Made by a program: the position numbers and the translations under genes. A model generated the notes under the pieces. The model was not told where the DNA came from, ran no database searches, and saw only the letters and a list, made by a program, of their open reading frames with translations. Positions 57,396 to 64,000 of a DNA stretch of 64,000 nucleotides are shown piece after piece. Origin of the DNA: Candidatus Omnitrophota bacterium. GTDB lineage: Bacteria > Omnitrophota > Gorgyraeia > Gygaellales > Profunditerraquicolaceae. The stretch covers positions 138,133-202,132 of the forward strand of contig QZKH01000002.1 of NCBI GenBank assembly GCA_003598025.1. Direction: 5' to 3'. The stretch's first letter is position 1. Each line of letters opens with the position of its first letter.

Positions 57396-57509
57396 GCTTA
57401 AATTTCACCCCCTTCGGCGCAATAAAAAAACCGCAAAGAATATATATGTGCTAGTTCTATTCTTTACGGTTTACATTTCTACTCATTTGCTTTTTTCGTT
57501 TACTAAAAA

Positions 57510-57537
57510 ATTATAGCATTTTATTGCAGTTTGTCAA
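57510..57537 (-). promoter_or_regulatory. Sigma-70 promoter of cspA (about 110-nt leader)
   Basis: Minus strand TTGACA-N16-TATAAT with TGn. Confidence 0.75.
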
Positions 57538-57548
57538 TGGAATTTATT

Positions 57549-57679
57549 AGTTCATAGTTCATAGTTGATAGTTCATAGCTCACTGAACGTATTGCGTATA
57601 GCGTAGTGCGTATGGTGCCCTTGTGACTAGCTGCTCCCCATTCTATGAACCATGAACCATGAACCATGGACCAATCGAC
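57549..57679. repeat. Composite inverted heptamer array (GTTCATA)n...(GCGTATA)n...(CATGAAC)n
   Basis: Four GTTCATA-type units and four inverted YATGAAC-type units flank three GCGTAnn units. Confidence 0.8.
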
Positions 57680-57684
57680 CAATT

Positions 57685-57726
57685 ATTGACTAATAGTCAA
57701 TTACTGATATAATTTAATAGTCAAAA
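57685..57726 (+). promoter_or_regulatory. Promoter TTGACT-N16-TATAAT with palindrome ATTGACTAATAGTCAAT and repeated half-site
   Basis: Palindrome covers the -35; TAATAGTCAA recurs at 57715. Confidence 0.6.
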
Positions 57727-57774
57727 TACATATAATTATCCGGTTTTGTGCGTTTTAGCTGATAATCGTTGTTT

Positions 57775-57877
57775 GCCGGCGTAGCTCAGCTCCGACGTGC
57801 TCTTTTCATTCGCAGTCGGAGTCCCGACCTCCGTAGCTTGTTTAATTTGATGGAGCGTCGGGATTGGTAGAACAGCG
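57775..57877 (+). pseudogene. tRNA 5' fragment carrying a 74-nt twin-hairpin insertion (57790-57863) in the D-loop
   Basis: GCCGGCGTAGCTCAG[ins]TTGGTAGAACAGCG matches the adjacent tRNA-Thr 5' end at 26/29 nt. Confidence 0.75.
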
Positions 57878-57886
57878 TATATCTAT

Positions 57887-57959
57887 GCCGATGTAGCTCA
57901 GTTGGTAGAGCAGCGCTTTCGTAAAGCGCGGGTCGGAGGTTCAAATCCTCTCATCGGCT
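57887..57959 (+). tRNA. tRNA-Thr (CGT)
   Basis: Acceptor GCCGATG/CATCGGC, anticodon arm GCGCT-TTCGTAA-AGCGC, GGTTCAAATCC T-arm. Confidence 0.93.
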
Positions 57960-57969
57960 TTCTTAAAAT

Positions 57970-59223
57970 ATGTCAAAATTCAGGGAAATAATAAATAATC
58001 GCAATTTTTCTCTGCTTTGTTTGAGCCAGATCATTTCGCAGCTTGGGGACAGGCTCGGGCAAATGGCTTTGATAGGCTTCATATACCTCAGGGCCCCTGG
58101 TTCAAGCGTGGAAATAGCCAAGATCCTTTCGTTCACGATCATCCCTGTTTTTTTGATAGGCCCGATAGCCGGTGTCTATGTTGACAGGTGGGATAGGAGG
58201 CGCACTTTATATATTAGCGACCTGCTGAGGGGTTTGCTGGTTTTGGCCATACCGCTGTTTTTGTTTTACCTAAAGAGCCTCATACCGATTTATATTATGG
58301 TATTTTTAATTTTTTGTGTTGGCAGGTTTTTTGTCCCGGCCAAAATGTCTATAATCCCTGACCTGGTAGACAAGAAGGACTTTCTGATATCAAATTCTCT
58401 AGTAAACACTACCGGTATGATTGCAGCTGTGCTTGGCTTTGGCGTCAGCGGAATCCTGGTTGAATGGCTGGGGGCAAAAAGCGGATTTTATCTTGATGCC
58501 TTAGGTTTTTTTATTTCAGGCTCTTTAATATTTTTTATTACTAAGAAGTCTTCGCCTGGTATAGGTATAAAGAGCGTAAGCAAGGATATAGTGGAGGCTA
58601 TTCGCAAATCAGTTATCCAGGAGATAAAAGAGGGCCTGGTTTATTTTTTTAAGAGTAAGGAGATCCGGTTTACTGCATGGGTAAGTTTTGCTTTATGGGC
58701 TGCGCTTGGTTCTGTATATGTAGTGGTGATAGTTTTTGTCCAGAAAACACTCAATTCTGCTACCAAAGACCTGGGGCTTTTGATAATGTTCCTGGGGATA
58801 GGCCTATTTGCCGGGTCGCTTATTTACGGAAGATTCGGCCAGAAGATATCCCATTACAAAATTATTTTTATTTCTTTAATATTAAGTGGTATAATGCTGA
58901 TGATTTTTGCTACCACCTTAAACCATTTTCCGTCATTCTTTGTAGCGGCGATTTTGTCATCTGCGTTAGGTTTTTTAATCGCCCCTATTATTATCGCCTC
59001 CAACACAATAGTGCATAATGCCAGCGATAATGAAATGATGGGCAAAATATTCAGCTCTTTAGAGATAGTCATGCATTTAGGCTTCTTATTGTTTATGTTT
59101 TTAAGCAGTATGCTTGCCGAGCACATTCCGGAAGTATATATACTTACTGCTGTCGGAGTCACTTTAAGTATTTTAGGTACGGTTACCTTGAAATTTCACA
59201 GTAGGATAAAATGGTTAAATTAA
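57970..59223 (+). CDS. MFS transporter
   Basis: ISQLGD, AGVYVDRWDRRR motif A, 12 TM. Confidence 0.88.
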   Translation: MSKFREIINNRNFSLLCLSQIISQLGDRLGQMALIGFIYLRAPGSSVEIAKILSFTIIPVFLIGPIAGVYVDRWDRRRTLYISDLLRGLLVLAIPLFLFYLKSLIPIYIMVFLIFCVGRFFVPAKMSIIPDLVDKKDFLISNSLVNTTGMIAAVLGFGVSGILVEWLGAKSGFYLDALGFFISGSLIFFITKKSSPGIGIKSVSKDIVEAIRKSVIQEIKEGLVYFFKSKEIRFTAWVSFALWAALGSVYVVVIVFVQKTLNSATKDLGLLIMFLGIGLFAGSLIYGRFGQKISHYKIIFISLILSGIMLMIFATTLNHFPSFFVAAILSSALGFLIAPIIIASNTIVHNASDNEMMGKIFSSLEIVMHLGFLLFMFLSSMLAEHIPEVYILTAVGVTLSILGTVTLKFHSRIKWLN

Positions 59224-60488
59224 GAGAAAACAAAGAGCACACAGAACACTTAGGCATAGAAACAACCCCGCTTCCAAAGAAGGTTTATATACCATTGAGC
59301 CAGCATTTAGGCAAGCATTGCACTGCTATCGTTAAGCCTCAGGAGAGTGTATCTTTAGGGCAGGTTATCGGCAGGGCAGAGGCGCATGTCTGGGCGCCAA
59401 TACATGCTTCTGTCGCAGGCAAGGTCTTAGCTATTGATGATTGGATGCATCCGGTTTTAGGCGTGGCCAAGGCAATAGTCATAGAGACGGATATGGAGAA
59501 TAGCCGCCGGGATTATATATTACGTAGCGATAATGAGGTAAGCAGCTTAACCGAAGCGGACATAATAAAGGCGGTTTTTGATTCAGGCATTGTAGGTATG
59601 GGGGGAGCAAGCTTTCCTTCACATATAAAGCTCCATCCGGCAAAAGAAGTAGATACCCTCATTATTAACGGAGCCGAATGCGAGCCCTTCCTTAATTCGG
59701 ATAACCGCCTGATGATTGAAAAAGCCGCACAGATAATTTTAGGGATAGGCCTTGTTGCAAAATGCCTTAATGTTAAACAGGTTTATTTTGCGATAGAAAA
59801 TAATAAGCCCGAAGCTATAGAGGCTGTAGAAAAACGGTTGAATGGCACTTCTTACAAGCTAAAAGTGATAGAATCATTTTATCCCCAGGGAGGAGAAAAG
59901 CAGTTAATAAAGAATATCCTCAATAAAGAAGTACCCAGGGGAAAGCTCCCTTTTGATATCGGGGTCGTAGTGCATAATGTAGCTACGGTCTATGCAATAT
60001 ATGAGGCAGTTTATCTTAATAAGCCGCTCTACGAAAGAGTGGTGACTATTACCGGAGATTGCATTGCATCCCCTAAAAATTTGCTTGTAAGAATAGGCAC
60101 TCCTATAAGGGATTTGGTAGATTTCTGCGGTGGCTTCAAGAAAGAGCCGAGTAAAATAATTTTCGGCGGGCCGATGATGGGGATTGCACAGGCTAATCTG
60201 GATGTGCCGGTGGTTAAAAGCACTAACGGAGTAATCTTTATGTCAGAAGCAGACAGGGTATCAAGTCCTGCGTCTGATTGTATCCGTTGCAGCAGGTGTG
60301 TGCAGCAGTGCCCGGTAAGCCTTATGCCGTGCATGATTGCAGTTGCTTCAGAGAATGAGAAATGGGAACTAAGCAAGATTTACGGGGTGCTTGATTGTAT
60401 AGAATGCGGCGTATGCAATTATGTCTGTCCGCAGAAAATAAATATTGTGCAGTTAGTCAAATATGCAAAATTGAGGATGCCAAGATGA
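59211..60488 (+). CDS. rnfC: Rnf complex subunit C
   Basis: GIVGMGGASFP, NGAECEP, YPQGGEKQL, GGPMMG, two CxxCxxCxxxCP. Confidence 0.95.
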   Translation: MVKLRENKEHTEHLGIETTPLPKKVYIPLSQHLGKHCTAIVKPQESVSLGQVIGRAEAHVWAPIHASVAGKVLAIDDWMHPVLGVAKAIVIETDMENSRRDYILRSDNEVSSLTEADIIKAVFDSGIVGMGGASFPSHIKLHPAKEVDTLIINGAECEPFLNSDNRLMIEKAAQIILGIGLVAKCLNVKQVYFAIENNKPEAIEAVEKRLNGTSYKLKVIESFYPQGGEKQLIKNILNKEVPRGKLPFDIGVVVHNVATVYAIYEAVYLNKPLYERVVTITGDCIASPKNLLVRIGTPIRDLVDFCGGFKKEPSKIIFGGPMMGIAQANLDVPVVKSTNGVIFMSEADRVSSPASDCIRCSRCVQQCPVSLMPCMIAVASENEKWELSKIYGVLDCIECGVCNYVCPQKINIVQLVKYAKLRMPR

Positions 60489-61021
60489 AAGAAATGCTTA
60501 AATATGGTGTTATCCTGGGTATTGTGTGCCTGGTTTCAAGCAGCGTATTGGCTGTTGTTAATGCCGTAACTGAGCCTAACATAGAAAAACAGCGCCTGAA
60601 GCAGGAAACAGGGGCATTAAGCCTGATTATGCCGGAAGCCAGCGTATTCAAGCCTCATACCAAAGAAGACAAAACAAATTATTATATAGCATACGGCCAG
60701 GATAATAAAATAAAAGGTTTTATAATCAAGGCCGAAGGTAAAGGATACTCTTCGGTCATTGAGATATTGGCTGGTTTGAATGAAAAGCTGGAGATAACTG
60801 ATATTGTCATAATTTCTGCGAATGAGACGCCGGGTTTAGGGAGCAGGGTATCAGAACCTTCATTTATAGGCCAATTTAAAGGCAAGGACATCGCTTCCAT
60901 TGATAATGTACAGGCCATAACCGGCGCAACTATATCCTCAAGCGCTGTAATAAGGGCGGTAAAGAACTACCTGACGCAGCTTAAGCCCGAGCTGGAGAAA
61001 GAACTTATTAATGCAAAATAG
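60485..61021 (+). CDS. rnfG: Rnf complex subunit G
   Basis: N-terminal TM, ETPGLG, ITGATISS FMN-attachment motif; start MKEMLK. Confidence 0.9.
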   Translation: MKEMLKYGVILGIVCLVSSSVLAVVNAVTEPNIEKQRLKQETGALSLIMPEASVFKPHTKEDKTNYYIAYGQDNKIKGFIIKAEGKGYSSVIEILAGLNEKLEITDIVIISANETPGLGSRVSEPSFIGQFKGKDIASIDNVQAITGATISSSAVIRAVKNYLTQLKPELEKELINAK

Positions 61022-61964
61022 GCTTATAGTTTCCACTTCTCCGCATCTTCGCGGAGATGACAACACTTCAAAGATAATGTGGGCAGTATGTTTTGCTTTA
61101 TTGCCTTCAGGTATAGCTTCAGTTGCTATATTCGGCATCTCTGCATTGAAAGTAATAGTAGCATCGGTTTTGAGCTGCGTGATCACTGAGGCCGCCGTTC
61201 AGAAGATGACGAAAAGAAAAGTAAGCGTAAGTGACGGCTCAGCGTTCCTTACAGGATTATTATTGGCATACAATCTTTCTTCTTCAGTGCCGCTATGGTT
61301 ACCGGTTGTAGGAGGGATGTTTGCTATAATTATCTGTAAGCAGTTCTTTGGAGGTTTAGGGAAGAACATTTTCAACCCGGCTTTGGCTGCCAGGGCGTTT
61401 TTGCTTGCCTCATGGCCTAAACATATGACCAGCTTTGTAAAGCCGTTTGACATTGATGCGGTGACTTCTGCTACGCCGCTTGCTATGTTAAAAGAAGCAA
61501 AAGTAGATTCATTTTCACAGTTAGGCCTTTCTTACCTGGATTTATTCATCGGCAATAGAGGCGGGTGCCTGGGTGAAGTATGCATAATAGCACTACTTAT
61601 AGGCGCAGCATACCTGTTATGGAAAGGTTATATATGGTGGCATACCCCGGCCAGCTTCATATCAACAGTGGCATTATTAAGTTTCTTATTCAGCCCTCAG
61701 GGTTTTATGAAAGGTGATATTTTATTCAGCATTATTTCAGGCGGCCTCATTTTGGGCGCATTTTTTATGGCCACTGACTATGTTACTACTCCTTTAACAT
61801 CCAAGGGGCAGTTAATATTCGGTTTTGGCTGCGGCGTAATAACATTTATTATACGCAGGTTTGGAGGTTATCCTGAAGGGGTTTCTTATTCAATCCTGAT
61901 TATGAATGCGGCAGTGCCTTTGATAGACAGGTATGTAAGGCCCAGGATTTACGGAGTAAAATGA
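61011..61964 (+). CDS. rnfD: Rnf complex subunit D
   Basis: SPHLR, FGGLGKNIFNPA, TSATPL, FMATDYVT. Confidence 0.95.
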   Translation: MQNRLIVSTSPHLRGDDNTSKIMWAVCFALLPSGIASVAIFGISALKVIVASVLSCVITEAAVQKMTKRKVSVSDGSAFLTGLLLAYNLSSSVPLWLPVVGGMFAIIICKQFFGGLGKNIFNPALAARAFLLASWPKHMTSFVKPFDIDAVTSATPLAMLKEAKVDSFSQLGLSYLDLFIGNRGGCLGEVCIIALLIGAAYLLWKGYIWWHTPASFISTVALLSFLFSPQGFMKGDILFSIISGGLILGAFFMATDYVTTPLTSKGQLIFGFGCGVITFIIRRFGGYPEGVSYSILIMNAAVPLIDRYVRPRIYGVK

Positions 61965-62584
61965 AAAAGCTTATTAAGGAGTTAATGAAGGGTATAACAG
62001 TTGAGAATCCCACTTTTGGCTTGGTGTTAGGATTATGCCCAACGCTGGCAGTATCCACATCAGTCGTTAATGCAGTAGGTATGGGGGCTGCGGCTACATT
62101 TGTTTTGATCGGCTCCAATACGATTATTTCTTCTATCCGTAACTTTATACCCGATAAAATACGCCTTCCGGCATACATTGTCGTTATCGCTACTTTTGTT
62201 ACGATATGTGAATTGGTCATGAAGGCATATTTGCCGGCACTTGATGCGGCATTGGGGATATTTGTGCCATTGATTGTCGTAAACTGCATAATAATGGCAA
62301 GGGCAGAGGCATTTGCTTCAAAAAACAAAATCATGCCTTCGTTATTTGACGGTATAGGTATGGGGATAGGTTTTACAATAGGCCTTAGTACCATAGCCTT
62401 GATTCGTGAGATTATAGGTGCCGGGAGCATCTTTGGGATTAAGGTTATCCCTGGATACGAGCCGGCTATAACTTTAATACTTGCCCCCGGAGCGCTCCTT
62501 ACTCTCGGGATACTTATCGGGATAACTAATTTTATCAGGTTAAGAAAGGGAAGGCCTGCGATGAAGAAGGGAGGCTGTTGTTAA
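61961..62584 (+). CDS. rnfE: Rnf complex subunit E
   Basis: ENPTF..LGLCPTLAVS, PLIVVNC, RAEAFA. Confidence 0.93.
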   Translation: MKKLIKELMKGITVENPTFGLVLGLCPTLAVSTSVVNAVGMGAAATFVLIGSNTIISSIRNFIPDKIRLPAYIVVIATFVTICELVMKAYLPALDAALGIFVPLIVVNCIIMARAEAFASKNKIMPSLFDGIGMGIGFTIGLSTIALIREIIGAGSIFGIKVIPGYEPAITLILAPGALLTLGILIGITNFIRLRKGRPAMKKGGCC

Positions 62585-62585
62585 A

Positions 62586-63194
62586 ATGGATTTTGGCAGA
62601 ATTTTAACCATAGCGATCAGTATGGTTTTTATAAATAATTTTATTCTTTCGAAATTTCTAGGGTTATGCCCGTTTCTTGGCGTATCCAAAGAAACAAAGC
62701 CAGCCCTTTCAATGGGATTTGCCGTAATATTCGTTATGACATGTTCTGCAGCCATAACCTGGTTGTTATATAATTTTGTGCTGCTTAAATTTAATATTCC
62801 TTATCTTAGTACCGTTACATTTATATTGGTCATAGCTGCTTTTGTCCAGTTCATAGAGATGGTTATACGCAAGCATTCACCTCTTTTGTATAGGAGCTTG
62901 GGTATTTATCTGCCTTTAATCACAACTAACTGCGCTGTTTTAGGCGTTACTATACTTAATATCGATGATTTCTTTATAAAGGGGCAGGCTGTTGCCGGGA
63001 GCTTTGTTTATTCAGTAGCACAGGCATTTTTTGGAGGCATAGGGTTCCTTTTAGCATTAATCCTTATGTCCGGCATAAGAGAGAGGTTAGAACTGACTGA
63101 GAGCCCGAAATGTATGCAGGGGGTGCCGATTGCTTTTGTTATTGCTTCATTGATGAGCCTTGCTTTTATGGGTTTTGCGGGATTCTCCCGCTGA
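62586..63194 (+). CDS. rnfA: Rnf complex subunit A
   Basis: NNFILSKFLGLCPFLGVS, LPLITTNCAVLG. Confidence 0.93.
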   Translation: MDFGRILTIAISMVFINNFILSKFLGLCPFLGVSKETKPALSMGFAVIFVMTCSAAITWLLYNFVLLKFNIPYLSTVTFILVIAAFVQFIEMVIRKHSPLLYRSLGIYLPLITTNCAVLGVTILNIDDFFIKGQAVAGSFVYSVAQAFFGGIGFLLALILMSGIRERLELTESPKCMQGVPIAFVIASLMSLAFMGFAGFSR

Positions 63195-63251
63195 GTATTA
63201 TAGAATTTACGGGGTTTCTTGATATGAAATTCCCGAAGGGAAAATTTTAGA

Positions 63252-64000
63252 ATGAATATTTTAATACCTGTCTTGATAGTTACTATTTTAGGCCTTGTTT
63301 TTGGGATATTACTGGCTTTGGCTTCCAGGAGATTCTGCGTTGAGGTTGACCCGCGCCTGGATAAGATTTATTCAAAACTTCCCGGTGCCAACTGTGGGGC
63401 CTGCGGCATGCCCGGATGCATGGGCTTTGCTGAGGCATTGATCCAGGGTACATGTACAATAGACCGTTGTGCGGTTACCGAGCAGGAAGTCAGGAAAGAA
63501 ATCGCTGAGATATTAGGCGTAGAGCATACTGTAAAAATAAAAAGAGCAGCGGTACTGCATTGTCATGGTGGTAACAAAAGGGTAAAGAATAAATTTGATT
63601 ACGTAGGCATTCAAGACTGCATCTCCGCAAATATCGTAATGTCCGGGCCAAAGGCCTGCGTATACGGCTGTATTGGTTATGGTACGTGCGCCAAGGTATG
63701 CCCTTTCGGCGCCATTGAAATGAGCACCGAGGATTTACCGGTAGTCAATGAAGACAAGTGCACTGCCTGCGGCAAGTGTGTTGCGGCCTGCCCCAAGGGG
63801 TTGTTTTCTCTTGTAAGCGTTAGCAAGAATTTTGCCGTGCGTTGTAAATCGCTTGATATGGGTAAGAAAGTTATGGATGTCTGTTCAGTCGGCTGTATTG
63901 CCTGCCGGAAATGCGAAAAGGCCTGCCCCGTAAAGGCGATTAGAATAGAGAACAACCTTTCTATTATAGACTATTCTCTCTGCGATAACCGCGGCCAATG
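63252..64000 (+). CDS. rnfB: Rnf complex subunit B, 3'-truncated by window (not in ORF track)
   Basis: Manual translation MNILIPVLIVTILG...LPGANCGACGMPGC, then ferredoxin CxxCxxCxxxCP motifs. Confidence 0.92.
   Translation, partial: MNILIPVLIVTILGLVFGILLALASRRFCVEVDPRLDKIYSKLPGANCGACGMPGCMGFAEALIQGTCTIDRCAVTEQEVRKEIAEILGVEHTVKIKRAAVLHCHGGNKRVKNKFDYVGIQDCISANIVMSGPKACVYGCIGYGTCAKVCPFGAIEMSTEDLPVVNEDKCTACGKCVAACPKGLFSLVSVSKNFAVRCKSLDMGKKVMDVCSVGCIACRKCEKACPVKAIRIENNLSIIDYSLCDNRGQ

Noticed and set aside
55497-57679. Heptamer arrays as CRISPR arrays
   Set aside because: 7-nt tandem units with no unique spacers
55769-57877. Trans-spliced split tRNA from the orphan 5' fragment (57775) and orphan 3' half (55769)
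   Set aside because: Acceptor strands GCCGGCG/CCTCGGC mismatch, no anticodon arm can be formed, and each piece matches its own neighbouring tRNA
63210-63235. Hairpin between rnfA and rnfB as another twin-hairpin insert
   Set aside because: Single bulged stem with no abutting partner; an ordinary intercistronic structure
478-63955. Numerous minus-strand and alternate-frame ORFs of 60-207 aa
   Set aside because: Shadows of well-supported plus-strand genes with no recognisable motifs; only cspA is accepted on the minus strand

Overview
A dense chromosomal segment (almost all genes on the + strand) from an anaerobic diderm bacterium; gene content suggests a PVC/Omnitrophota-like genome, but that is inference only. 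It contains a redox/oxidative-stress island (rubredoxin, ferritin-like proteins, ECF sigma-ZAS fusion, Tpx-PCD fusion, SOR, KorAB, Grx/TrxR), a TPP-riboswitch thiSGHF operon, an Rrf2-led sulfur assimilation/siroheme/Met cluster, larE-nifS-birA plus a TonB receptor, housekeeping genes, a group 3b NiFe hydrogenase operon, a c-di-GMP-I riboswitch, tRNA-Phe and tRNA-Thr, and an rnf operon. The main unexplained signal is a family of 38-74 nt twin-hairpin (dumbbell) insertions: two abutting stem-loops with a 0-nt spacer and no obvious target duplication. They sit in the conserved cores of the TPP riboswitch (x2) and the c-di-GMP riboswitch (x2), in a tRNA D-loop, and probably in hemB. Deleting the RNA inserts restores the canonical host motifs (to within 1 nt for TPP insert 1). 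Other highlights: a BirA-type operator on the TonB receptor promoter, leaderless genes, a dual-start cyclophilin, Cys-rich micro-ORFs and heptamer repeat arrays.
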